Source: Raillietiella orientalis
Taxonomy: Eukaryota
NCBI GenBank assembly: GCA_036172245.1
Contig: JAYWIR010000032.1
Location: 2,418,001-2,482,000, forward strand
Reading direction: 5' to 3'
DNA: 64,000 nt
In this document: piece after piece, positions 51,501-64,000 of the stretch
Position numbering within the stretch: the first letter of the stretch is position 1
Layout: every line of letters begins with the position of its first letter
Notes under the pieces: model-generated
Databases searched by the model: none
What the model was told of the DNA's origin: nothing
Seen by the model: the letters and a program-made list of their open reading frames with translations, nothing else
Translations under genes and position numbers: made by a program

Positions 51501-54500
51501 CAACTAAAAAGAAACCAAATCTCTGCCTTTTTTTAATATAACTGCAAAGAACTGTGTTTTAAAATAATCAGTAGCCAACAATAACGAAGACTGCATTGGC
51601 CTTCTACTGATGAACTGGATCAAAATCATTTACAACAAAGAAGTGAACAAGGATTATTTCTTGATGGTATGGTTGAATTTGCCTTTAATGTATTTTCGAT
51701 TTACAAAATCGATGTTTTAATTAAACTAGTAAGGCTGGGCTTAGAGGGGGAATACAATGAAGAAGGTAAAGTAGATGAGTGATGAAATTTGTCTGAGAGG
51801 TGGTATTGATGAAGTGATAGTTTGAGTTCCTCATCATGAACTAAAAATGAGGATATTAAAAGTGAAAGAAGAATTTTTTTTGTAGGATAGTAGTGAGAGG
51901 ATGGAAGGGTCGGAAGTTTGTATATCGGTAAGGTGGTTGACAAGAAAGAAAGAACAAGGTGGGCACACCACCAGTGACAAGCAATCTGAGAAGTTCGAAC
52001 TCTATAAAATACTTTTCTCGAGTTGAAAATATTGAAAAATTAATCACTCTAGAAAGCCTTAGGACCTAAAACATTAGAACGCTCATTTATAAATGATGAA
52101 TACACACATAATTCCACTGATTTATGAATACATATACAAGTTTGTAAATGCTTCTTAAAAAGATAGGTTCTTATCCCTCTGAGAATTTAATCCATAAACA
52201 ATTGGATTTTTAAGTGCCCGCAGATTTCCCAGCTATATGCAAATAATGCTAGCTCATAGCCATGGCCTACATTTTATGGAGAATCCATAAATGTAGTCTT
52301 TAATATCCCTTCAGGATTTGTTTTATGATGCTCCTTTTTATACGACACCTCGCTTTAATCTATGAATTTTCTTGTTGATAAAACAAGAAAAAAAAGCACT
52401 TTCTGGGTCTTGCACCTAGATACTGACATGGATAACGGAAACTTCATTACATAATGCATGGCATGTCCCTGCAAGACATCATCACAATCCACAAACAAAA
52501 ACACACTTACGATCTTTTATTACATAATGGCAAAGGTGCGTGTGAACACTTTTCAACATGCAACCAAATCATATTAGCTTCTTAAACAGTTACCCAAATT
52601 GGCTAGATTCTATTGCCAACACTAACGATATTTTTGTGCATGTAGGGAATTTTGATAAGCCTACAATACTTCCAGAAAACCAAATTTTTCCTTATCAGGC
52701 ATCACACTGTTGTAATGAAAAATAGTTACAAAACTATTGGAAATGTTCTAAAAAAACGTCGTAGGGAGGAAGTTGAAACTGAGCTATTATTTGTTGTTGT
52801 TGTTTTTTTTTGAAAGATGAAAAATGTTTTACTTTATGCACTTGAACATACATGTCTATTGTGGAGAACCATGTTGTCAGAATGATAAGTCAACAGGCAC
52901 ACAGTGCTTTTTAAAATGGAATTTTTGCCATCTGCAATGTTAGTTACACCCAATGACTCATGGCTATGCAACAGCACATATAAGTTTATCTGTTGTGTGT
53001 CTGCGAATTAATTCTTCTGCCTACCTTTGCAGGATAGTTCACATCAGCACCTCTCTGAATAAGTAAATTGGCGATGTTCTCATTACCATAATGAGCAGCT
53101 ATGTGCAAAGGAGTAAAACCACTTTTAGAAGTCACATCAGGATTGTGATCATTTTGCAGCAACAAAGCAGCAGCTTTACAGTCATCCTTCTTTGATGCAA
53201 TATGTAAGGCAGGCAGACGCACTTTTCCTTTTGTATCATTTTCCAGTAGGGCAGTGACAACTTTTTCATGGCCTTGCTGCAAAGCTACAGCTAGAGGTGT
53301 GAACCCATCTTCAGTGGCCAGACTCTGATTGGCTCCATTCTCAAGTAAATACTTCACTACCCAATCATGATTTTCTTGAGCAGCCATGTACAAAGGAGTG
53401 AAGCCATTCTGAGACTGCACATTAATGCAAGCCCCATGCTCAACCAGAATTTTTACTATACTGTCTTTACCAGCTACCGATTTGGAAAATTAATTCCGTT
53501 CTTTCAAATGTATCTTACCTAAAGAGGCAATATGCAAAGCTGTGTTTCCTTTTTTTGTGGCAGCATCAACCAGCGCTCCTCTCCTCAGTAGTTCCTTCAC
53601 CACTTCAGCATGACCTTCTTTTGATGCCAGATGCAAAGCATTTAAACCATTCTACAAACATGATTCCCATCACAGGTATGTTATAAAATACACAAATGAT
53701 CAGATCAAATGAAAAACGTTTCATGAAATGAGCAAAAAAATTAGAATACACACACTCATAAGTTAACAACTTTCCAGGATACTTATGAAATCTTTTTCTT
53801 ATCCTATAAATTCAACATGTTGTTGTTGTTTAAAAAAAAAGCCAAATGCAGAATCCGTTGCCTAAAACAATCGGCTTTTTAATTGGGCAAAGTAAGGTAC
53901 TTATGATCCATCAATGTAATTCAGTCTAACCAAAAACAATGGTTGAAAGCTCTCAACTTAATCTTCTTGGATCTACAAAAATGATAGTCCAATCACTTGG
54001 ATGTACAACATTTCAGCTGTCATTGCTTACACCACAAAGCATCCTTTACTTATCTTAAGTACCCGGAAAGCAATAAATCTAACAAATGTATCAACGACAT
54101 GGGAGAACTTGGAAGATTTAATGAAGGAAATCTTTCACTAGAAAACAGCTGGGAGTCTCCAAAAATATTTTCACGACACTACCAAAACTCTTTGACAAAT
54201 CTTTCAAGCCAAACAGCATTATAACGTGTGCAACAAACACATGTGCTTGGGTCCAGAAGATACACACATTGGAGGGAAAATTCAATTTACATTCTACTTG
54301 CTGTACACAGCAATAAAATGTACAAGAAACTGTGATGAGAAACCTTTCAAAAAGCATACAACACTTCGCAGGAGGCAAATTTGAATCCCGTTCGAATACT
54401 TTCCTAAGACATGACTAGCAGGAATTCTAGGTATGATATGTACCCACCATATGTGTACAACAAGTAGTAAGAAGATGGAATAAAAATCCAAGTCCAACCA

Positions 54501-56953
54501 TAATCAAAACCCAAAAACCAATCGAAACATCTGGAGGCCTTTTGATTTCATCTTTTTTTAAGACTTATGATAAAATTGGGAAAAACACGCAAATAGGACA
54601 AACAATACACTAAATTGGCAATGGTGTTTAAGTCTAATTGAATGATTGTTTATACAGCAACTACCTATGCTATTATATTTTTATAGTGACAAGCACAAAC
54701 GATATGCAACGAATAAATGTATAAGCAGCTAATTGAAATCCCTTACGAACAGCAAATGAAAGACAAGTTTTGCTTCACCGAATGAGATCGGTGGGGCACC
54801 TTGGTGGAGACAATTTCAAGAGCACAAGCTGCATTAGAAACTGATGCAACTCACACTCGGATCACTGTGCACACCTAGTTCTTAGATGACCTCTTAGATT
54901 AGACCTCTTAGTTCTTAGGTTCCCATGAAAGGCATCAACAACAGATTGCAATGGCAAATCAAGAACGCAACAATCACATTTGAGCTTGAAAGCATGTATA
55001 TGTGTATATACATGTAGGAAAAAGCGAAATTTTATTGTGACAGCAGTCGCAGTTTTTGTTTTTTTTATACGCGAGTCCCAGAGAAGTGAAGAGTAAAAGA
55101 AAAGTAAAAGGTGATGACAACTGGCATGAAGCTGGATTATCAGCTTCTTACCAAGAAAATTCGTTGGAGAATCCAAACTGGCCACATGGCCACATGAGAT
55201 GGCACATTCATAACGTTCCTGTACCATCAATTCACAGACAGATCTACCCAGCGCGTACGATCCCAGATAAAAGGTACAGGCATTCCAGAAACAAACGTAC
55301 ACTGCTAAATGTGGGATAGGGAAATATTACCGATAGTGAGTGAGCATTATCAATGAGGACGAAAATTCAATGGAAACACAGAAGAACAAAAGAGAAAGGG
55401 TTGATACAGATCAAACCACTTTTAAGACGAAAACTAGAGACGGTCTAGCGAGTTGCGTTCCAGTAGCTATTGCCACATTCATGAGGATTATCAGCGCACC
55501 ATAACCCACTGATGAAGCTTAGCTTTTCTGATCAAAGTATCACTTTTGCCTACCTGGAAGCCAATTCAACTTCTTACTATAATACTAGGAATACTTTAAT
55601 GAAAACGTCAAGAGTGGACATGCTGGCTACAGTACATCAGCGCTGAATTCGTCAAATTGCTGACTTACTGCCTGGTACATTTGGTGCTGTCATTTACTTT
55701 CGACTGTGTCATGTGACAATATGAGTCCAAACACACTTCATTCTTAGTACTGTTTAACCACAAGAGTCAGAAAACACGATTTCATCCATCCAGAAAACGC
55801 AGTCGATCGAAGAAAAAAAAAAAAAACTGTGATCTGCTCTTCCACTCATTCCCCTCAACGAACCTTTTGGTGCACTTTTGCATTCAGTCAAACATAAACC
55901 CTCCAAATCCAAACAAAATCCAAAAAGGAAGGAGTTTCCAAACGAAGCCACTCGCAAATGAGCGGACTGGCGCGTACCACAAACAACTTAATGTTCCTAA
56001 TATTTACCCGTTCATATTAGGAGTGCCGTACAAGACGGCTGGATTCATCAGCAACTGATATTCAAGTACTTGTGGTATCAGTCGGCCACAAGTACTTGAA
56101 CGAAAATGAGTTTACCTAACGAATGAACGAATTTTTCACCGTGCAAATTCGTAGATCGTGCTGTTCAGACGAGAAAAGGAACGGAACCTTCTAGAAAAAT
56201 TGAGCGTTCTCCAAAGAAGAGTGACGAGAATGCTCACTGAATAAGGAAGCTCCCGTTTGCTGATTGCAGCCTAGGGTCCTAAGCGCAAAATGCAAGACCG
56301 TCGGGGAAGACGCAACAAGATCCAACTTGCCATCAAAAGAAAAACTCCCAAGAGTTCCGATATTCTTTGCTGAACCTGTCCTGGAGACCACTTCTCTTTC
56401 CATGTATCAGATGTCTAGAAGTCCCACGGAAGTTCAATCTCACAGAACAGCGAGGCAGAGATCGGAAGAAATCTTGCATGATTACGTTCGAAATGACAAG
56501 AACCGGCAGAGCAGCTATTGGAAACGACGAGAAATCAGCGAACGGGCATCTTCGACGACATGCTGGTGGCTGAAAAAGGAGCTGCATGTGCCTGAACTAA
56601 GACGCAAATGTTGAGTCAGGTCGGCAAAAAAAAAATCCTCGACATGTTAAGTTTCACTAGACAGCTTCAAACGCCTTCCGAAAGTACCAAGCAACATTCG
56701 TGCCAAGGTCACGTACACGCGAACGCATGCGCGGAAGCGCAGAACAGCCCACGACAGGTCCTGCCAGTGAACCGCAGTGCGGAAGGTACCGATGAGGTCG
56801 GAAGCCACACATGGGATGGAAAAGCGCGAACACGAATTCTGCTCTGCTTACCTGATTGGAGACATTGATATCTGTGTCACCTTTCAGATATTCCAGAATC
56901 TTCTCGAGGTTTCCGGCCCTCGCTGCGCGTAAAAATGCTGCATTAGCATCCCC
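24260..56953 (-). CDS. Ank2: Canonical ankyrin (Ank2/unc-44 type) with giant isoform; 5' end not identified
   Basis: ANK-repeat exons: 56953-56852, 53651-53519, 53473-53025, 49349-49152, 49040-48744, 48573-48376, 48305-48159, 47370-47221, 47165-47025, 46970-46815, 46769-46671, 46550-46353, 46303-46120. Linker: 45387-45241, 45065-44966. ZU5/ZU5/UPA: 40917-40693 ([21 protein letters not shown]), 40302-40142, 40058-39847, 38591-38387, 38334-38145, 38097-37962, 37905-37723, 36543-36420. Death domain: 36378-36169, 36111-35921. Tail: 35808-35751, 35669-35085, 34728-33865, 28984-24968, 24403-24334, 24284-24260. All phases are consistent. The tail exons are less certain than the core. Confidence 0.93.
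24968..28984 (-). CDS. Giant ankyrin exon (4,017 nt, 1,339 codons), acidic, Ser/Pro-rich and disordered, with a helical conserved-looking block
   Basis: It lies within the open frame 24894-29108. The acceptor cttctag|AT (28984) and the donor CAG|gtatcg (24968) are both phase 1. It contains poly-Q, poly-E, poly-R and poly-A runs, plus [50 protein letters not shown] and [10 protein letters not shown]. Confidence 0.8.
29044..29091. repeat. Compound (CAA)n/(CAG)n trinucleotide microsatellite upstream of the giant-exon acceptor
   Basis: gacaacaacaacaacaacaacagaagcagcagcagcagaaacaacaac. Confidence 0.8.
35527..35616 (-). repeat. In-frame 45-nt tandem duplication (QYLE[E/K][10 protein letters not shown] x2) within an ankyrin tail exon
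   Basis: Two copies, 35527-35571 and 35572-35616, differ at 2 nt. Confidence 0.9.
39745..39846 (-). CDS. Alternative ankyrin C-terminus by intron read-through (short isoform)
   Basis: The frame continues past the donor at 39846 as [41 protein letters not shown] minus-strand AATAAA lies at 39550-39555. Confidence 0.7.
   Translation of the reverse strand, partial: VNFFNPHKNKSQLSKKSTISNSVPKKHKLTLCW
42420..42485 (-). CDS. Candidate 66-nt cassette exon in the ANK-ZU5 linker
   Basis: actag|G AGT GTT ... AGC AG|gtattc. It is symmetric phase 2, matches the flanking exons, has no stop, and encodes [21 protein letters not shown]. Confidence 0.5.
45457..45480 (-). CDS. Candidate 24-nt ankyrin microexon
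   Basis: gtttctgcag|ATCAATCATCATTTCTTAATAGAG|gtaata. It is symmetric phase 1 and encodes (D/N)QSSFLNR. Confidence 0.6.
45880..45972 (-). CDS. Candidate 93-nt ankyrin cassette exon
   Basis: ttgcctatag|GT GAA GAT ATA ATT ... CTA A|gtaagt. It is symmetric phase 1 and encodes [31 protein letters not shown]. Confidence 0.6.
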
Positions 56954-59900
56954 CTGAAATAAAACACATGAGATCACTCTGATTCAATCCTCTTTGGATA
57001 CGAGGCATTTGGAAACACACTACGAGCGTAGTAAACACAGATGCAGATAACGTGTATTGCATACATCTTTGCTGCACGAGCATATTTTTTCACTGCTCAA
57101 AATTTGATTCCGCATGGACCATATGGCATTATTTATCAGCGTAAGACGCCTTTACAATTTTTTCAGACCATCCTCACACCCTGGGAGGACCTTCAAAATG
57201 TTCTTTACTTTTCCGTTCTTCTTGCATTGGGTCAAGGGATACGATCATGCAATGCCGAGAAATTATCAGGGACTTGAAGAGGAAACCGAATATGAAGACA
57301 GGAATAGCGTAGGATTAGTTTAGGGCACAGTTCACGGCGAGGAAAGCGCTCAGGGTGCAAAAATACCAGGACTGATTTCGCTGCCGCCTACTTTGCCTAC
57401 AAACAAATATATAGGAAATTTCCTTGCATACCAAAGAACGCTCAAGGAAAGTAAAAAAGGATCTATGGTGGTCACTTTTTCCTCCTCTTATGCACTCACT
57501 CACGGGTGAGAAAAAGTTCAAACAAGGTCCGGGAAACAGTCACCCGCGCACCCACTTCCCACTAAAAGATATATTGCCATGCATTAGAAGATTGCATTTG
57601 TTTGCTTTCCACATAAATGATGATACTGGGGACGAACGACAAGAACAAATAACTGGACCGGAGATGCTCTTCGGTTCAGCTGTTCTTTGTTACATTGCGT
57701 AACACAAACATAGGAGTGAAATGTTGAGAAAAATGCATAGCATAGTTTCAGCATCCCAGCGTTCAGGACAATTTCCAATTGGGTCAAAGAGAGTGCATGT
57801 GTACCCCGTTATGTCCTCTCTCATATGTACTCCTCTGGGACTCCGTTCATTATCGAAGCATGATGCCCCATTGGGAAACCCGATTCTTTGCTTCCTTCTA
57901 CTGCAACCAGTTTCCTTGAAAACCTCCCCACATGCCCACTCCATCCTCGATGGTCTCTACCATTCCCTCTTGCTCACGGCTGGCTACAGTTTGTGCCAAT
58001 GAGGTTGTAGCATGGCGTTCACTCAAACCGCCTGCTACAGAAACTACAGAAGCTGCTCGATACGCACAGCTTTTTCCGAATTGATCCACCCGTCTCTTAG
58101 ATTCATTCTTTCCCGTCTCAAGGCCATTGCCACGAGCTAATCATTCCGGAAACACTTTTATTGATAGCAGATTAAATGCCACGAAAACAAAAAAAGTACT
58201 TTCCCGGTTACGAACCTCTAACACAAGGCAATAACCAACACCACCAAGTAATAGACGAATTACCCTGCGAGTGATTCTGTAAGGAAGCTGCATCCCGTAA
58301 GCCTGACACCTACACAACCATTCTCACTCATTAGCTTTCCAGATCATCGTGGCATCACAAATTGGACCGCTGATTAGTTATTTGATTTTTGCAAGGTTCT
58401 CTCATCTTCGGGAGCACCTACCGGGAACATTCTATTCCGTCATCCATGCGCAAAGCTAGTACGGATATTTTACAGCCGGAAATTCAGATTTGCTGTTTCC
58501 ATGGAATTTCACAGCTGAAGGTGGAGAGCGTTCACGTACAGCTGGCATGCCTACCTACGTACGTATGGTATCTATTCATGAGCTGAATGCAATAAACTTC
58601 TCTCCTTTCTGCAGTCCCATGAAAACTCTATCAAAGCCTTCATTAGCTGCATCCTGGGAAATTACTTGGCATCCTGAGTAATTTTCAAACAGCTTGTTCT
58701 CGAAACGTCGTTCTTTTTGTTCCTTCGAAGATTATAGCGTTCTTTGCGGATCCTCACGAGTGCTTTTCGGTGGGTGAGACCACCACACTTCGATGATTGG
58801 AGCCGATGAAACAAAAACAATTTTGCCTTCGCTTTCACTTTTACATGCTACATGTACTCCGCGAGATGATTTTAACTGTTAACTTCAACGATTCAAAACT
58901 TCATTTTAATAAATTATCCCTAAAGCGCTATACGAAGAGATAATCAAGTGAACCTAGCGAGCAGTGACTAATAAAAAAAAAAAAGAAACAGTTTATTACT
59001 ATACACACATGTTCTTTAAACCAACATGAATTGTGGTAGACTTTTAGAGGCGATTTCAGAACAGTGCAAGACCTCGGTGCAAGTGCAAGTTCCCCCTTCT
59101 GCATCCTTCCCCGTGTGCCTTTAGATCTTTTCACATGTGGAAGTCAAGCAATAAGCAAGCCGAGTCACGATGGCTGTACTCAAAACAACATCGAGCTGCC
59201 CGTGAAACACCTTCAATGGCAAATACGCTACCCATATCGATTTAAAGAGAAAACAACAGCAGGCAAGTTATTAAATCCTTCCCCGTAGAAATTTAGTTGC
59301 TACACGGGTTGCTTTTGCCAGGGATGAATTGAAGATTCAATATTCAGGATACCAGGATGCACACGGGATACTATTTCGGAATATCAAGTTACGCGTGACG
59401 TTTTACTCTGACATAATATACAACAGATGCATAAGTAAGCGTAATGTTACTGTTTCCATCAAACAAATTATGTACTCTTTAAATCCCATCTGCCTTGAAA
59501 ACATTTGGAACCCACAACAAAGAATTTACAACTGAACGCTCGTAAGCAAAAAGATAAACACCAAAATTAGAACAACGGGTTACCGATACCCTTAAATACC
59601 TTTAAATAGAATGGACTTTATAAATAGAATGAAGCATAATGAGAGAGAGTAAAGAGGTACAAGGAGACACAAGAGTCATCCGAGCAGCAGGAAAACTGTC
59701 AGAAGCCTTAATCCATCAAGGTCAGTCAAGAAATGAACCCAAACCTGTGCAAGGAAGTAGACATTCATGAAATTCCATAAAAAATAAATGAAGCAAACCG
59801 GTCACACTCATGTTCAAGGGATGCTTTGCACTGCTGTCTTGGAGGAAGAAAGAAAAAAAAAATCCTAGGAAAGGGAGCTACAAACAAGCAACAGTGAGCC

Positions 59901-62900
59901 GACGACAACGGCAGCAGTTGATGAAGGAGCACGAAAAGACGGTCATTTCCACTGGGAAGTCACAAAATGCGACACTATGGGAGGTGCAGAAGAACCACAA
60001 CGACATGTGCCCGTACACGAAGCACATGGATCACGGAATCGAATACACATCAAGGAAATGCTCCCCGATACGATAAACGACTGATCATTATCATTATAAA
60101 TCTGCTAAACATGAGCATCATTCACTTCATAATGATGCTCACAATGGTATCAAGAGCACAGCTTTCACAAAACTCATTGGAAGAGCACACACTCTCTGAT
60201 TCAGGTTATCCAGATTCTATTTACTCGAATCTTTTCATACCAATGTACTTCAAGGGCTTCTCAAAAAACGTGCGTGGATAACAGAGCACAGATGCTTTCA
60301 AAAACAACCCAACCACTGTTCCCTTTTAATTAAGAAAAGGAAGAAAGCAAGCAAGATCCAAAAATATTCTTGGTTCCTGTTCTTCTCTTAGAAATCCTGC
60401 CTGCCGAGAAAAATTCTCAAATTCTCGCAGACTGAGAAGGAGAAACAAGTAAGGAAACAGCTCTTCTTGACGAACTTGTTCCAAGGCTAACCGGGAACAG
60501 CCTTCGAGAAAGTCTCTTGAAACAGTTCGATCAAGTAATAATCACCACGTGAAGGGAGGAGGAAGTAAGGAAAGAGAACAAAATAAGGTGTACATCCCAA
60601 ACGAGAAAGATTCATTCGAGAATTCATGTGAACTTCATGCCCCTTTTCAAAGAATCCATCCTTCCGTGCTTTATTTTGGAAGTTACACCTCAAATCTGTT
60701 AAACCAGCGAACGCACTTTTCTCCTTACGGCATTATGGACGCCCCATATCATCGCTGACATTGCACTGAGGACATGCATGATGGATGCGCTTTACGAGTT
60801 TTGCAGAACTCACGCTGCAGAAACCACCTTATTGGGGGTGAGCAGACTTCACGACTCCACCCAGTCAGCCTTACAGCAACTTTAGTCACGGAGCTGTAAC
60901 CAAACTTACCACGGAATTCACGTCGAATGGTAAGAAAGTCCTGCGTTTACAACACAAATGTCGCACTGGCGATTCGTGCTCCTCAAGGTCACGGCACCCT
61001 AGTTTCCGTACACTCTTTCGCAAAGGAGGAAGTTAAGCCACCAGAGAAGCGATGTGAACGGAGCGCTACTCAAAAATGATTTCGGAATTCAAGGGTCACA
61101 AATGCCTGTGGCCCACGACTACCTACGTCGATGTTTCCCAGACCTCCGCAACAAGCAGATACAAGAGCAGTTTCTGGCCTTTGCCCTTCTGCCCTCATTG
61201 CCTCGTACCTGTAATGCTGCGTCTGACCCCAAGTACTACTTAAACAAACCCATACCGGCAACACAAAATACAGCGTGAGCTAATGATTGAACCTCCGGAC
61301 CAAAAACGCGGAAACTCGTGTTTGCACGGCTCCACTGATGGGCCCTTCCCCCAACGCTCACCCGCTTTCCTCATGAAACCGTTCAGCCCCTCCAGGAGTC
61401 CACTGTTCCACATTTCGATAAACTCCGATCCCCATCACATATTTGTCAATAAACAAAGACAACTAACTGACAGCTCATCAGGTACTCTCAAAGCAACCAC
61501 TGTGCTCACGAGGCCCCGTGATTGCTTCTGTAAACACGGAGGCGACTTTAACGCGGTAAGACTTTTACTAGCCAATTATGCTCGTTACCGCCTTTTCATA
61601 CCGCAGCGGGGCCACTTCACTTCCCACTAGATCATCCTCCACATTCTACTGCCATCTAAGCGAAACAGCCACAGCGCAACATCCTTGGATTCCCTTAATT
61701 TGAGACACCATGCTCGTTAGAGCACCGATCCCTCAGAGGCTCCGCGCATTCCCCAAGGGGCACTCACGCAAAACCGCAGCATTTTGGGGAACGCAATGCT
61801 TTTGTCTCTGATCCACAACCAAAGATGCACTTGCTAAATGGTCGGGGAACGAATAGTCCTGCAACTTATTCACCGTTACTTTGAAACAGACAGATGCAAA
61901 GAAAGGTGCTCTGTATTTCCATCTCTCTGCCTCCTCATTCTCTCTCTCTCCATCTCTTCCCACATGTATATACACACACATACCAGTTTAGAGAGCGAGA
62001 AATTTGGAACAATAGAATCCACCTATTTCTACATTTTCCCGGCTGAAATTCGCAGACGCCATTCACGCATCCGTCACCGACGATGATCATTGGCCAAGAG
62101 GCCAAAGTGCTGAAACATGTATTTGGATGAGTCTTGAATTTCAAGTCGAGAGATGACAAAACGAAAACAGGTGAACCAATACGTGAAAATAGGGCTGTAA
62201 CAAGGAAGCTGCTCGCGTGCAGCAAGCCTTCGTAATGGCTGCAATAAAGCGGAATCGATCAAAAAACACGGAATTGAAATGCGCAAGAATCCAACCCAGG
62301 GATACCAACAGCAGTTTGCTTGTGCGGTTCCCGGTTCGTCGGCAAACTCAGCAGGCATTATAATCAACCAGCTACGGCACAGGGGGAAAAAAAAAAGGAA
62401 CGAAAAGGGGGTAAAAAAACTCCCATGACCCAGAACTCCTGGCAGCACGCATGCATCGTGCTGCTACCTCTTCTTAAACCTTCAGCTTTTCAACAGCGGC
62501 CGGCCCTACGTTGGCTCGCACGTCTTCATGGAATGGCGCGAACGAATCGCACCGACAGACTTTCATGATGGTTGGAGGGCAATTTCCCTCCCTCCCTCCC
62601 CCCCCCCCACTCTTGGCACAAGCCCGCGCGTTAAGAAAGAGATGTGGGCAGATTTGTGCGAACGCGGCCACTGTCTTCCATAGCAACTCGATCGTTCAGA
62701 ATGGAACAGTTTGCGACGAACAAAGTGGTCCACTTCCGCATGTTCTCCAAATGAGTCGCTTGGAGCGAAAATTCCTACATCCACCGAGATCAACTGAGGA
62801 AGGCAAAGGAATCACTGCTGGGCCATAGAATGCAGCTCCCATTAAATCCAATGAGCTTTCGTGCGCACCCTGATGAGGGCAGGGCATCACGAAGCGCATT

Positions 62901-63566
62901 AGGGAAAGCACACACAAGCATTTCCAAGTACCACTAACGAATCCACTGCGATCGAATAACAGAGCTGCAAGGTTCCCACCTGAGTTACTGCCAACGTTTG
63001 ATCCGGTTGCGGTCTCTTTTGTTTTTCTTTTTTTGAAAATTACTTCCGATTTTCACTTGTAAATCGATGAAAACGGATGCCCCATTCTTCGGTACGAGTA
63101 CCTCGAATCCAGCCGAGTGCCAGAAAAAAAAAAAAAAAAAAAAAAAACATCTTCCTCCCCGTGCACTTCTCTTTGGATGGAAGTAACACATCGTATCACG
63201 AAGATACTTCGTGCTTCGTCATTTGCTTTTGAAAACGTCCACTCGAAATCCCGTCTCCCTCTCTCTCTCTCTCTCTCTCTTTTTTTTTTTTTTTTTTGAT
63301 GCCCCGACGGAGTGAGCCATGGAAACGTGGGGCAAGCGTTGACGACGCTGGGCCGCAGAAAGTCGGGCGAGATACGTAACCACGCCGCATCTTATGCAGG
63401 TTAAACGATGCTGACTTTGGACCGAAAACATTTGCTTAAATGATTCGCTTCCGCAGTCGAGCAATAAACATGAGAACTTCAAAGGAGTTCACTGTCCATG
63501 GCGGCGGATGCAGGCCTAGAAGTGGATCTGCACTCCAATCGAGACGTCACTTTTTATTTATTTTGG

Positions 63567-63669
63567 TGTGTGTGTGTGTGTGTGCGTGTGTGCGTGTGTG
63601 GAGGAGGGGGGAGGTAAAGAGAGAGAAACAGACACACCGACACACACACACATACACACACACACACAC
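63567..63669. repeat. (TG)n and (CA)n microsatellites in inverted arrangement
   Basis: A TG run at about 63567-63600 and a CA run at about 63630-63669 are separated by a short purine-rich spacer. Confidence 0.85.
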
Positions 63670-64000
63670 GGAAAGTTCGAAAATCTGCTCTTCAGAACGC
63701 AAGAACTCTGGAGGGAAGAAGAGCAACGTTACCGGGCTACGAACTAGCCATGCATGCATCACCCAAGTGATTCAGAATTTCGTTTTTCGCTTTTCCGGTG
63801 GGAACCTTCAAATATCTGCCTTTTTATAAATCCGGCACTTTGATGAACTTTCTAGCAAAACATTTTTGCTTTCTGCTTGCGAAATGCTCGGATCGAAGCA
63901 CCGGCCCGGCCTTACTGCTATGCAGAATGCAAGCCTGTCTTAAAAAAAGCACAGCTTACACGTCTCACGAGGCCATAAAAGAAAAGCTTTGTGCAGCAGC

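Noticed and set aside
49850..52050. Transposon or LINE relics in the large ankyrin intron
   Set aside because: Only vague coding-like fragments are visible, and no family can be assigned without a search.
56954..64000. Ankyrin first coding exon, e.g. the donor GTG|gtaagt at 60910
   Set aside because: There is no in-frame ATG before an upstream stop. The start probably lies outside the window or cannot be resolved by eye.

Overview
Eukaryotic genomic DNA from an invertebrate, probably an arthropod or other ecdysozoan, with very short introns (many 40-50 nt). I reconstructed six spliced protein-coding genes by hand from splice sites and reading-frame phase: a PEBP/RKIP-family gene (-), eIF4H (-), Derlin-2/3 (+), PTC7 phosphatase (-), HIBCH (+), and a canonical ankyrin (Ank2/unc-44 type, -). 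The ankyrin gene occupies about 24.3 kb to at least 57 kb, and I did not find its start codon. It contains ANK repeats, ZU5-ZU5-UPA, a death domain, and a GC/CpG-rich block of phase-1 exons that includes a 4,017-nt giant exon. The most notable points are a 45-nt U12-type intron in Derlin, an intron read-through ankyrin C-terminus resembling the Drosophila Ank2 short isoform, modular giant-ankyrin exons with a fragmented coding-like block beside them, linker microexons, a mitochondrial-like presequence on PEBP, and a 207-bp inverted repeat between eIF4H and Derlin. I saw no rRNA, tRNA or CRISPR features. Gene models are manual and lack transcript support. Homology statements come from recalled family motifs, not from database searches.
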